Shown: positions 17,114-26,768 of the stretch, in pieces | How the letters are laid out: every line of letters starts with the position of its first letter | How positions within the stretch are numbered: the stretch's first letter is position 1 | From: a virus | Virus record (IMG/VR): IMGVR_UViG_3300037042_003533 | Location: 1 to 64,000 of that record | Strand: one strand, 5' to 3' | DNA length: 64,000 bases | Notes under the pieces: generated by a model | What the model was told of the DNA's origin: nothing | What the model saw: the letters and a program-made list of their open reading frames with translations, nothing else | The model's database searches: none | Program-made: the position numbers and the translations under genes

Positions 17114-18963
17114 TGGGGAAATTAGGGGAAGAATTACAAGCGAGGATGCAGCAAAGCCTGGAGGCTGAGATTAACTTCTATGTTGGTCGCGGTTTGATCA
17201 ATAAGGAAGAACAAACTCTAATTGTTAATACCTTTAACAAGGCTAATGAAGTTGCTTCCTATGCCTTACCGTTCGATCTCAACTCCCGTGAAATTCTCCC
17301 TGGCACTATTATAGTAAAGGATCACGAAAATTTAGTTAGAAAACTGGGGAAGGTTGTAGAAGAGGCAATGATAAAACTGGGGGTTAAAGCAACTTACGAT
17401 GATTCTCCTTGGAATGGGGATGCTGGTCAGTGGGACACAGCAGAAGCTTACTGTGCATCTTGTCTAATTGACATGAATGAGGGTAGTGGGCCCAAGACAA
17501 AGGATCGTTGTAAGTTACCTTATAAGAAACCAGGCAGCAATTCCATCAACAAGGGGGCATTGCGGGCAATGGCTTCTGGGGGTAGGGGCCTCCCTGCCCT
17601 GAAGGATGTCCCTAGAGAACAGATTGTAAAAGCTGCCAACTTTATGATCCGTCACTGGCAGGGAGCTTTTGATAAGCCTGCCCCCGCTAATATTTATCGT
17701 ATTGCTGGAAAAACCCCCCCAGAAGGAACAAAAGAGTCTTCTACACACTTTATCAAGGACAAGGAAGGTCAGTGGTGGATGTTGGGGATTTACTCCAACC
17801 GCTGGATGGATAGAGACAGAGAAATCTTGTCGGAAGCTTCTCACAAAGAGTATGCTGACTGGGTTAATAAGTCAGGTTTCAAACCCCAGGTTATTGTTTA
17901 TCACCTTCCTAAAGTTCCTGAAGGTTTTTGGCAAAAGGTGTGGGAAAAGTTTGGTGACCGAGTAGACATTCTGAATGAGATTGTTAAAACTATCTATGCA
18001 AAGACATCTTTGGGGCAGGTTGAGAAGATAGTTTATCTCAATGGATTCTCGATAGCAATCTCTAAAATATACCCAACCCGCTATGAAGCTGCTGAAAAAC
18101 TTTCACAGATGGATGACATGGGAATGTCCCATGGATTTCTAGCTTATGGGCAATCTAGCCCTGATAGTTTTAGTCCATTGAAAAATACTGTTAATATAAT
18201 TGATAAGTATCGTACTTTCGAAGTGAGTATATTAAAACGGGACCGGGCGGCTAACTATGGCACGGCCCCAATAATCTTGGAGGGAAAAGCCGTGCGCGAT
18301 GAAGATAGAAAGATTTTAGCTGACCTGCTTCCTAAAGAAGTGGTGGATGCCTTGGATGACAATACTAAAGGTACAGCCGAAATCCTTGATGCTCTTTTAG
18401 AGCATAAGGAGTTATCTGACCCAGAAGTTCCTGTTCCTCAAGAAGCGGAACCAAAGGCAGAAGAAGTTAAAGCTGTTGATCCTACGATTGACGAGGAAGA
18501 AGAGGAAGAGGATATGGAGGAAGAAGAGAAGAAAGCACCAGAAGCTGAGCAAGAGGAAGCAAAAGAGGTTTCCGAGCCAGCTCCTGCTGTTCCGGTAGAG
18601 GAGGTGGTTAAGGAAGTTTTGAAGGCTATCAACGTTGAACAGCTTCAGACTCTTCTACAGACAATTGTAGATAACCAAAAGAAATTATCTGATGATATGG
18701 CTGCTTTGCAGGCAGAAAGGTCTGTTCTGGTTAAAGAAGTGGCGGAAATCAAGCAGACCGAGGATGAGAAGATTGCGGCTAAGTTGTCACCCATCAACTG
18801 GGCGGCTACTGGTTTTGCACCTTCACAATCTGTGGCTAACACGACAATTCCGCAAGAAAAGGCTGAGCAGTTGGCAAAGGCTATTGAGAGTCAGGGCAAA
18901 GTTTCCCCGACCGGTGATGCTTCAACTGATTTATTTTTTAACTCTATTCTAAAGAATAGCTAA
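17110..18963 (+). CDS. Prohead protease-scaffold fusion
   Basis: DRDREILS, GMSHGF, EVSIL..AAN protease motifs; acidic coiled-coil C-terminus; precedes capsid gene. Confidence 0.8.
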   Translation: MMGKLGEELQARMQQSLEAEINFYVGRGLINKEEQTLIVNTFNKANEVASYALPFDLNSREILPGTIIVKDHENLVRKLGKVVEEAMIKLGVKATYDDSPWNGDAGQWDTAEAYCASCLIDMNEGSGPKTKDRCKLPYKKPGSNSINKGALRAMASGGRGLPALKDVPREQIVKAANFMIRHWQGAFDKPAPANIYRIAGKTPPEGTKESSTHFIKDKEGQWWMLGIYSNRWMDRDREILSEASHKEYADWVNKSGFKPQVIVYHLPKVPEGFWQKVWEKFGDRVDILNEIVKTIYAKTSLGQVEKIVYLNGFSIAISKIYPTRYEAAEKLSQMDDMGMSHGFLAYGQSSPDSFSPLKNTVNIIDKYRTFEVSILKRDRAANYGTAPIILEGKAVRDEDRKILADLLPKEVVDALDDNTKGTAEILDALLEHKELSDPEVPVPQEAEPKAEEVKAVDPTIDEEEEEEDMEEEEKKAPEAEQEEAKEVSEPAPAVPVEEVVKEVLKAINVEQLQTLLQTIVDNQKKLSDDMAALQAERSVLVKEVAEIKQTEDEKIAAKLSPINWAATGFAPSQSVANTTIPQEKAEQLAKAIESQGKVSPTGDASTDLFFNSILKNS

Positions 18964-18976
18964 CGGGGGATATAAG

Positions 18977-20440
18977 ATGGCTGATGAATTAGTTAAAGAG
19001 CAAGTGCAGCGAGCACTGCTTGAACTTCTGGGTGGTACTGCGGGTCAACCTAGACAAAAACATGATCTAACCGCAGGTTTTACGGTTACGACTAACTTGA
19101 TGCACGGGGTTAATGGTATTTTTGGGGCGGCTGGTGTTGATCCTCAAGTTTTCTCGACTCGTGTTAAACCAACTGGCTTGAGTGCTGTTCTTCCGTCTCG
19201 CCCTTCTAATGACACTCACCCGATTGTCGGTTATTTAACTGGCTTTACGGATGATGAAGCAGCGGCTGAGAAAAACGGTGTTTGTGATGATCCTTTGGCG
19301 GCTGGAAACCTAAAGTCGTGTTTCCAGGGTTCTGCCTTTGGTCGTGTTGAGCGCAAGACTGCTACCATCGAACTGAACAAGCTGGGTGAGCGCGTTAATC
19401 GTGGTGAGTTTGATGATCTGATGCTGGTGAATGAGCCTGTGGTCACAAGTGACTTTGGCACGCCTTCTCTGGCAGGCACATTTGGTTCGGCCTTCCGTAG
19501 TGAGCTAAATGCGCGTCTTATGACGCTGGGTGTGGCTTTCCAGAACAAGATCGGCGGGATGAACTGGACTGGTAACCCGGTTAATAACTCGGTTGGTGGT
19601 GGTTATTCTGAGTATAACGGCCTTGAGTTGCTAGTTACGACAACCCACACAGATGTTTTGACTGGGGTAAGCTGCCCTTCATTGGCTTCTGATGTTAAGA
19701 ATGCTAATTATCGGACAGTTGAAAGCCAGGCGGCTGACATTTTCAGTTATCTGACGATGATCTACCGTTATGTCAAGCATAACGCGCGTACCATGGGTTT
19801 TGACCCGGTGAACTGGTTCTTGACCATGCGCGGGGACTTGTTCCAGCAACTGACTGACTACTGGCCCTGTGTGTTTGCAACCTATCGTTGTGCTGGGTCA
19901 GCAGGAAATCCCAATGGGACTGATGCTCTGACCATGCGCCAGATGGCTATGGACATGCAGAACGGGTATTATCTGATGATTGATAATGTTCGTCTGCCAG
20001 TTGTTATTGATGACTTCATTCCTGAAGCCACTAATACAAATAATGCTCGTGTTCCTAGTGGCTCGTTTGCTTCTGACATCTACCTTCTGCCACAGTCTGT
20101 TCGTGGTGGGATTAGCACCCTGTTCTATGAGTATTTTGACTTCACCGGGGCTAATGCTGCACTTCAGGCTGTTCAGGAAGGTCGTCTGAGCAATACCTGG
20201 ACAACTGACGGCGGCAAGTTCTTGTGGACAAATCAACAGACTCTCTGGTGTGTTGAGTGGATGGCTAAGATTGAGCCTCGTCTGCGTTTGCTGACGCCTC
20301 ATCTAGCTGGTCGCCTCCAGAATGTTATGTATTCGCCGCTTCAGCACTTCCGTGATCCTGATCCTGCTTCTGCATACTTTGTGGACGGTGGTAACCAGAC
20401 TGTGGCTAACAGTCCGTATTACTCGGATCGTTATCAATAG
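18977..20440 (+). CDS. Major capsid protein
   Basis: Position, size, GLELLV segment, strong terminator after the stop. Confidence 0.85.
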   Translation: MADELVKEQVQRALLELLGGTAGQPRQKHDLTAGFTVTTNLMHGVNGIFGAAGVDPQVFSTRVKPTGLSAVLPSRPSNDTHPIVGYLTGFTDDEAAAEKNGVCDDPLAAGNLKSCFQGSAFGRVERKTATIELNKLGERVNRGEFDDLMLVNEPVVTSDFGTPSLAGTFGSAFRSELNARLMTLGVAFQNKIGGMNWTGNPVNNSVGGGYSEYNGLELLVTTTHTDVLTGVSCPSLASDVKNANYRTVESQAADIFSYLTMIYRYVKHNARTMGFDPVNWFLTMRGDLFQQLTDYWPCVFATYRCAGSAGNPNGTDALTMRQMAMDMQNGYYLMIDNVRLPVVIDDFIPEATNTNNARVPSGSFASDIYLLPQSVRGGISTLFYEYFDFTGANAALQAVQEGRLSNTWTTDGGKFLWTNQQTLWCVEWMAKIEPRLRLLTPHLAGRLQNVMYSPLQHFRDPDPASAYFVDGGNQTVANSPYYSDRYQ

Positions 20441-20457
20441 GTTTGGATGGATAATTG

Positions 20458-20484
20458 AGGGGAGGGGGAAACCTCTCCCCTTTT
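20458..20484 (+). terminator. Intrinsic terminator after capsid gene
   Basis: AGGGGAGGGG..CCTCTCCCCT followed by TTT. Confidence 0.85.
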
Positions 20485-20502
20485 AATTAGGAGTTAAATA
20501 GA

Positions 20503-20808
20503 ATGGGTCATTTTGCAAAAGGTGGGGTGCAGAATAGTTATAGCTTCCCGTTTCTAGCTACTGGTCAGTTTATTCCCGGAACAACGGCTAAGAGATTGGA
20601 TAATATACCCTGTGAACAGGTATATATAAGAGCTGGAACTTCCAATACAGGGACAATTTATGTTGGGGGAAGTAATGTAAGTTCTGCACAAGGGATGACA
20701 TTAGCTGCTGGAGAGTTTACTCCTTGGCTCCCGATACAGAATCTAAACATGCTTTATGCAATAGGTACAGTAGCTACGGATATAATTAAGTATTTCATTG
20801 TGAGATAA
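20503..20808 (+). CDS. Small beta-rich virion or decoration protein
   Basis: N.GTIYVG..NV...G..L..GE pattern seen in phage structural proteins. Confidence 0.55.
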   Translation: MGHFAKGGVQNSYSFPFLATGQFIPGTTAKRLDNIPCEQVYIRAGTSNTGTIYVGGSNVSSAQGMTLAAGEFTPWLPIQNLNMLYAIGTVATDIIKYFIVR

Positions 20809-20809
20809 T

Positions 20810-21772
20810 ATGCCTGGGTCTTTGTTAAAGCATAATGGTTCTATATATGGTAATAGTCTAGTCGGCGTGGCGGGGGGTAGTGCAGCTTATAATATAGCAC
20901 TTCCAAGTGTTATCACACCTTCCACTGACGAGAAGTTGCTGAATGGAACTTTTGCATCCTGGACTGGTGACAATCCGACGAATTGGATTACCTCCGGTGA
21001 GGTAGGCACAAATCCAGAAGTGTCTGAGGTTGGCGCGGGAGAGGGTCACGGCGGCGCTGGAACTGGTATGTGTAATATTTACACTACTGGTGCTACAGTA
21101 CACATTCGGCAGGCCGTGTTAGTTGTTCACTCCTTTTATCGTGTGACTGGCGTGGTGGATAATACAACTGGCGCGGGTGTTACCAGATACGTGGGGGCTA
21201 CTGATTTTGCTAAGGCTGGAATTACATGGAGCGTTGCTGGATCATATCAGTCAGAGATGAGGTCGCAAGGCACGACGTTCAGTATTTATCGTCAAGGCGC
21301 AACAGACACTACAATTGATAATGTGTCTGCATTATTGCTGACAAATTTGTATTCTGCTATACACTCACACACTGATTCACTGAGTTATAACCAAATTACC
21401 ATGTCGATTGCCGCTAATAGTGCGGCAGGGGTGTGGCATCGACATGTTGCATCAGGTGATGAGGTGCTGGCATATATTGATAGAATTAAGTCAACACTTT
21501 GGTTGCTTAAAAAGGTAGGCGGCACAACAACTGAGGTAGCAAGTGTGGCTATCACATATGTGGATGGTAAGGCGATCAAATTACGTCATTCTGCCGCCGA
21601 CACGTGGGAGGTGTATTACGATACACCTGCGAATCTGAACGGTGGATTTGTTGCAGCACTGATTACCAACAACACACTTACTGATATTAACTTGGATTTA
21701 TGTGATGCGGATGGTTATTTTGCAGCTAACCCTGTTACGTCTTTTGTGGATTACCGTTATGCCCCAGGTTGA
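20810..21772 (+). CDS. Putative virion protein with carbohydrate-binding-like domain
   Basis: LLNGTF..W...P..W start and IDNVS end of a CBM-like jelly roll; Thr/Gly-rich. Confidence 0.55.
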   Translation: MPGSLLKHNGSIYGNSLVGVAGGSAAYNIALPSVITPSTDEKLLNGTFASWTGDNPTNWITSGEVGTNPEVSEVGAGEGHGGAGTGMCNIYTTGATVHIRQAVLVVHSFYRVTGVVDNTTGAGVTRYVGATDFAKAGITWSVAGSYQSEMRSQGTTFSIYRQGATDTTIDNVSALLLTNLYSAIHSHTDSLSYNQITMSIAANSAAGVWHRHVASGDEVLAYIDRIKSTLWLLKKVGGTTTEVASVAITYVDGKAIKLRHSAADTWEVYYDTPANLNGGFVAALITNNTLTDINLDLCDADGYFAANPVTSFVDYRYAPG

Positions 21773-22516
21773 ATGCACGTCGTACCGGGGGAGGTGCTGG
21801 CTACGCTGACAATCTATGCACAAACAGATTGTCACGTAGAATACTTGGGACAAGTTGGTTATGACCCAGGCAATGCAGCAGGCGAAGCTAACTTTGTGAC
21901 GTGGATCGCACTGGCTAACGCAGCAGGGTGTGATGCGGCTATTAGCATGGGTGACATGGTACAAACGACAGAGAACGTGCCAGAGGCGGGCAATTATCTA
22001 GATACACTAAGCAACTCATATGCTGTCATGGGAAATCACGAGATGGCTGTGCCCTATGCAACTACAAAAGCAACAGCGGTTACTGAGTATAGTATGCCAT
22101 CTAGTTACTATGTTACGACGATTGGGTTCTTGAGACTTATTATCTTGGATGATCAATATGATGAGTTTGATGCTGATTACCCAGGACTTGCAGGATGTCT
22201 ACCTGACACTGAGATAGCTTGGCTTGCTGGAGAGTTGAATGCTTGGCCGGGGCCTGTGCTGGTTTGTAACCATCACCCAATTGTATCAACACACTTCAAC
22301 ACAGATGACATTGTGGCAATTTTGGCGGTGCTTGGTACTCGCAGCAATATATGGTTTCTTAATGGACACATACACCCAACCGCCAACGTGTTACGACCAC
22401 TGGCGAGTACATTCCAATGGACACTGGCGGCTACGGTGGATGGTAAGTATTCGATTATCACGATAACACAGTATTCACACGCTGTTAAGTTTGCGATTGC
22501 ACAACAGACATTTTGA
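21773..22516 (+). CDS. Metallophosphoesterase (CpdA/ADP-ribose diphosphatase-like)
   Basis: DCH, GD, GNHE, HHP, GHIH motifs. Confidence 0.85.
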   Translation: MHVVPGEVLATLTIYAQTDCHVEYLGQVGYDPGNAAGEANFVTWIALANAAGCDAAISMGDMVQTTENVPEAGNYLDTLSNSYAVMGNHEMAVPYATTKATAVTEYSMPSSYYVTTIGFLRLIILDDQYDEFDADYPGLAGCLPDTEIAWLAGELNAWPGPVLVCNHHPIVSTHFNTDDIVAILAVLGTRSNIWFLNGHIHPTANVLRPLASTFQWTLAATVDGKYSIITITQYSHAVKFAIAQQTF

Positions 22517-22559
22517 TAAGCGATAAGCGTTATAATCAGTAAGTATTTTAGGAGATAAT

Positions 22560-23171
22560 ATGGCACGGGGAGTTTTAGGGGGGAATGCCACACCAGTTTA
22601 TATCACGGGGAGTGATGTAACTGAAACTGAGGCTATAAATGTTCAGATTACCTCCCCCTCCGGAGGGGAGATTTATGATGAACTGACAGGGGCTATGCTG
22701 TCTATAGATATTGCTCATCATGAAGTTCATGAAGGGCATAGTTTTGTAGCATCCACATATAACTCCGCTGTCGTGAACAGTGCTTCCTTAATCTTACTTA
22801 TTACAACGACCTCTAAGTCCCCACATCTGGTGTTCAGGTGTGCTGCTGGAGGAGATGCCACGGTCACCTTTTACGAGGGAGTAACAACAATAACAGATGG
22901 CACAGTTGTAGCAGTAGTTAATTTGAGCCGAATATCTACTGAGGTATCTTCGGTTACCGCACATCATACTCCCAACACTTCAGGTTTAGGAACAACCTTA
23001 GAAACACAATTCCTAGCAGGCGGAACGGGACCGAGCCAGTCTAGTGGTTCTGAAGTTAGACGTAATACAGAATGGATTCTAAGGACAAATACTAAATATC
23101 AGATTACTGTCACTAATATATCTGGCAACAATCAACCAGTTTCCATCAACATAGAATTCTATACCCTTTAG
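22560..23171 (+). CDS. Putative structural protein
   Basis: AGGAG RBS, Thr/Ser-rich beta protein in head module. Confidence 0.55.
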   Translation: MARGVLGGNATPVYITGSDVTETEAINVQITSPSGGEIYDELTGAMLSIDIAHHEVHEGHSFVASTYNSAVVNSASLILLITTTSKSPHLVFRCAAGGDATVTFYEGVTTITDGTVVAVVNLSRISTEVSSVTAHHTPNTSGLGTTLETQFLAGGTGPSQSSGSEVRRNTEWILRTNTKYQITVTNISGNNQPVSINIEFYTL

Positions 23172-23200
23172 GGTTTATTTTCCTACGGGAAATTAACTAG

Positions 23201-23233
23201 AGCAGGCATAAGTCTCTCCCTATGCCTGCTTTT
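23201..23233 (+). terminator. Intrinsic terminator
   Basis: AGCAGGCATA-10nt-TATGCCTGCT followed by TTT. Confidence 0.85.
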
Positions 23234-23245
23234 AATTTTGGGGGT

Positions 23246-23274
23246 TGCAAAGGAGAGAAAAATGGTATACAATT
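23246..23274 (+). promoter_or_regulatory. Probable sigma70 promoter for the glycosylation cluster
   Basis: TTGCAA-17bp-TACAAT. Confidence 0.55.
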
Positions 23275-23297
23275 ATAGGTATGGGAGAGAAATAAAC

Positions 23298-23645
23298 ATG
23301 ACTTCAAACGACGGCTCAGAAAATAAAGCCCCAACAGAAAAAATTGAAGATTATTTGGGTTGGCTATTAGCAGGCAAACTTGCTGAATGGCTTGGTATGA
23401 AGGTTGGTGTAGAGCAGAGTGGGGACGGTGAAGTATTTATTCTAGTTATAGAATTGCCCTCTGGTCAGGTACACAAAGTTATCCCCGGCTATGCTGTGGA
23501 AGGTAAGTGGAAGAAGTTTAATTCAGAAGATTATCAAAACCGCAGACATTTTGATGAGGTTAGGTCTATTGAAGATTGCCTGAACGGGTTTTTAGTATTA
23601 CAACACAAGTTGGTTATTCCTGAGCAGAAAGAGGAAATTGAATAG
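23298..23645 (+). CDS. Hypothetical protein (start reassigned to ATG 23298)
   Basis: GGGAGAGA RBS before ATG 23298. Confidence 0.6.
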   Translation: MTSNDGSENKAPTEKIEDYLGWLLAGKLAEWLGMKVGVEQSGDGEVFILVIELPSGQVHKVIPGYAVEGKWKKFNSEDYQNRRHFDEVRSIEDCLNGFLVLQHKLVIPEQKEEIE

Positions 23646-24592
23646 TGTCTGAATATAGAGGACTAAAAGGGAAAGTTTGTATTTCTGGGGGCACAGGTTC
23701 TCTCGGAACTGCTATCTTATCCAGAGCAGAAAGAGAGAATTGGGATTGTTCGTTTAGTATTTTTGCAAGAAATGAATTAAAGATAAACCAAACAAAAGCT
23801 CGGTTTCCTGATGTAGAGTGCAGGGTTGGGGATGTCCAGGACATAGATTTTCTGCGTACTGCTTTCATAGATTGTGATTTGATAATTCATGCGGCTGCTG
23901 CCAAAGTTGTCCCTCTGTGTGAAAGCAATGTGCGTAATTCTATCTTGTCTAATGTGATGGGAACAATGACAGTTTGTCAAGCGGCTGTGGAGTGTGGAGT
24001 AGGGCGGGTTGTTACTATTCTAACTGACAAACTCGTAAAATCGACTACGGTATATGGTGCAGGGAAATTCTTAGCTGGAGCCATCACTAGAGAAGCAAAC
24101 GCTTGGGGAAACACTCAATTTAATTCGACGCGCTATGGAAACGTGGTTGGATCAGCGAACTCCATCCGGCCCAGACTACTAGAGTTGAGGGAGCAGGGCA
24201 AGCCATTTGTGATTACTGACTCACGTTGTACACGGTTCTGGCTAACCTACCAAGATGCTATTAACCTTATTTTAGTGGCTTCTGATTTAGAAGAGCCTGG
24301 AACTACAGTAGTTCCTAAAGCTCCGGCAAGTTTGGTATTGGACTTATTCAAGGCCGTTGACCCAGATTGGCCTGTTGTTGAAGAATCTATCCGGCCTGGC
24401 GAGAAGATTCATGAGCAACTTATAGATGAGGTTGAATCCAGGCAAACGTATGATAATGGGGAGTATTTTATAGTTTACCCACCGGATAGTAATAAGGGTA
24501 CAAACCTACCGGATGGTTACGGGTACTACAGCAACAATCCTGCCCATCAACTGACTGTAAAAGAGTTGAAGCACATGATGGAGAGTAACTAA
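23645..24592 (+). CDS. UDP-GlcNAc 4,6-dehydratase-like SDR (PseB/CapD family)
   Basis: GGTGSLG, GDV.D, HAAA.K.VP.CE, TDK, YGAGK, RYGNV.GS, TRFW, IRPGEKIHE. Confidence 0.92.
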   Translation: MSEYRGLKGKVCISGGTGSLGTAILSRAERENWDCSFSIFARNELKINQTKARFPDVECRVGDVQDIDFLRTAFIDCDLIIHAAAAKVVPLCESNVRNSILSNVMGTMTVCQAAVECGVGRVVTILTDKLVKSTTVYGAGKFLAGAITREANAWGNTQFNSTRYGNVVGSANSIRPRLLELREQGKPFVITDSRCTRFWLTYQDAINLILVASDLEEPGTTVVPKAPASLVLDLFKAVDPDWPVVEESIRPGEKIHEQLIDEVESRQTYDNGEYFIVYPPDSNKGTNLPDGYGYYSNNPAHQLTVKELKHMMESN

Positions 24593-25143
24593 TGTACCGT
24601 TATCAGGAACTGAACGGGAATTGCCCCTATGCTATGCCCGAAGAGTTGGAGTTTATCCGTCAAGAAGCTCTCAAACTCTCTCAGGATCAGCGACTAGTGA
24701 TGTTGGGTTGCGGGCCCGGCGTGATGGCAGTGAGTGCCCTAGAAGCCCACCCTCATCCACCCCTCACATCTATTGTAGATTTAGACACATTCTACTACTG
24801 TGAGGCCCACCTGCGCGGGGCTGGAGTAGATTTGACTAGAGTTGCCTTCCTGACTGGAGATTCATCTAAGATCGGCGAGTTGTGGGATATTCCAATTGAC
24901 TTTTTGATTGTTGACGGCGATCACACCTACAGTGGTGTCAAAAAGGACATCCGCGCCTGGTGGGGCACTGTCAAGGTAGGGGGAACAATATTTTTCCACG
25001 ACTCCCTTGAACGCGACGGCGGATTTAATGGCTCAGGAGATTGGGAGTTTGGCGGGGTTCATTGGGCAATCGAGGATAGCAAGGATAGTAGCTGGGAGTT
25101 TGTTTGTAGTGTAGGAATAAGTGAGGTTTACCGAAAGGTTTGA
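24592..25143 (+). CDS. Class I SAM methyltransferase (Methyltransf_24-like)
   Basis: LGCGPG, GDS, IDFLIVDGDHTY, GG.I.FHD. Confidence 0.85.
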   Translation: MYRYQELNGNCPYAMPEELEFIRQEALKLSQDQRLVMLGCGPGVMAVSALEAHPHPPLTSIVDLDTFYYCEAHLRGAGVDLTRVAFLTGDSSKIGELWDIPIDFLIVDGDHTYSGVKKDIRAWWGTVKVGGTIFFHDSLERDGGFNGSGDWEFGGVHWAIEDSKDSSWEFVCSVGISEVYRKV

Positions 25144-25838
25144 GCGTGGGAGAGATACCTGCTGTTTATTGTTTGATAACAACCTATAACCGGCTAGAGA
25201 TGTGTCTACGAACGGTTCGGGGGATTAAAGAAAATCTCCGATGGCCGAATCTTGGATTTATTCTTGTAGATGATGGGTCTGGGCAGGAATATGTGGATAG
25301 GGTTGTTGAGGAAATTGGTGTAACTAACCACCTTTGGGTTTATCAGAGTAATCATAAGGGTGTTGGGCACAACATGAATGTGGGGTTGCAGCACATATTT
25401 GATCTAGGAGGTGAACTATTAATGCTCCTTGAAGATGATTGGGAGCTAACTACCCCCCTTGATTTAACTCCTTATGTCAATGTGGTGCTAAACAATGATG
25501 TAGGACTTATTCGTATGGGCTACCTGAACGTAGGACTAAGGGCTGAATTGGTAAGTCACGAGAATATGCTGTGGTGGCAACTGGAAAGGAAACCAGAAGT
25601 TCAGCAGTACACATACACAGGCCACGCAGGACTCCGTCACAAGCGACTGTTTGATAGAGTTGGGATGTTCTCGGAGGGGCTTTCTCCAGGACAGAATGAG
25701 TTGGATTATTGCTCGAAGTATAACTATGCACAAAATCCCCCAGCAATTCTTTGGCCCGCAGAGTGGGGCGTGTGGGGAAAGTTTGAGCACATCGGCGGCG
25801 ATAGTCTCTCCTCGATAGTCCCTGGGGGAGGTGGGTAA
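25140..25838 (+). CDS. Glycosyltransferase family 2
   Basis: ITTYNR, VDDGS, LEDDW. Confidence 0.9.
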   Translation: MSVGEIPAVYCLITTYNRLEMCLRTVRGIKENLRWPNLGFILVDDGSGQEYVDRVVEEIGVTNHLWVYQSNHKGVGHNMNVGLQHIFDLGGELLMLLEDDWELTTPLDLTPYVNVVLNNDVGLIRMGYLNVGLRAELVSHENMLWWQLERKPEVQQYTYTGHAGLRHKRLFDRVGMFSEGLSPGQNELDYCSKYNYAQNPPAILWPAEWGVWGKFEHIGGDSLSSIVPGGGG

Positions 25839-26506
25839 TGGTGCTTCCGATTTCGGTAGTTATTCCAGTCGGCCCACAAGAAGCCTACAAGGATTACTTG
25901 GAGGAGTGCATACAAAGTGTATACGAGAACGATCCTGCCGAAGTAATCGTGATTGACGATTTAGCCAACCTGGGGCCGCGCTGGAAGCAGAAGCATTCTG
26001 AAATACAATACTATAGAAATGACTGGCTTACGGGCTGTTCAGATTCGTGGAACAGGGGGGTTGCCCGTGCTGAGAACGAGTTAGTGTTCCTAATGGGCAG
26101 CGATGATAAATTCACCTCCCCCCATTGCTTGGAAGCCTGTGTCAATGCCTATGAGACCAACAACTATCTGGATGCCTGGTACAATGTTACCTGCATTACT
26201 CAGTCTGGGGAGATAGTTTCGGCGTTTAACAACGCAGCAGCAGTCACACGCGGTCTTTGGCAGCTTCTAGGGGGCTTTGGCCCTAGCGCCTTTGCCGCCC
26301 CCGATGCCTGGGCAGTATCGATCATGATGGTGCATATGTCAGAAAGACTGATACAGGTGGAAAAAGATGTGCCACACTACTGGGTAAGAGAACATTCCGA
26401 ACAGGATACACCCAGACAGTTTGGTAGGTTCTTCGAGGCTGCTCACAGTATCCGCAATATCGCGACACGGGATTGGGTTCCGCCAACATGGAAAGGTTGG
26501 GAATGA
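25838..26506 (+). CDS. Glycosyltransferase family 2
   Basis: SVVIP, IDD, WNRG, GSDD. Confidence 0.85.
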   Translation: MVLPISVVIPVGPQEAYKDYLEECIQSVYENDPAEVIVIDDLANLGPRWKQKHSEIQYYRNDWLTGCSDSWNRGVARAENELVFLMGSDDKFTSPHCLEACVNAYETNNYLDAWYNVTCITQSGEIVSAFNNAAAVTRGLWQLLGGFGPSAFAAPDAWAVSIMMVHMSERLIQVEKDVPHYWVREHSEQDTPRQFGRFFEAAHSIRNIATRDWVPPTWKGWE

Positions 26507-26768
26507 TGGTAAACCGACGTAAAGAAATCACAGAAGAAGAAGCAAAACGGGTTATCCCTAATGGAGTTTATTGCTATGACTACGAAGGCGGAGAGTATAG
26601 GAGATGTCCCTTCTTGGAGATTATGACTAAGGAAGATGATGGTCAAACTTATGAAGAGGGCTGGTGCCATTATTTACACGAAACCGATCTCCTGCTGTGG
26701 GATGCTGTGAAACTGTGTGCTGTCAATGATGAAATTACGTGGGATGAAGAAGGAAACGAGGTAAAATA

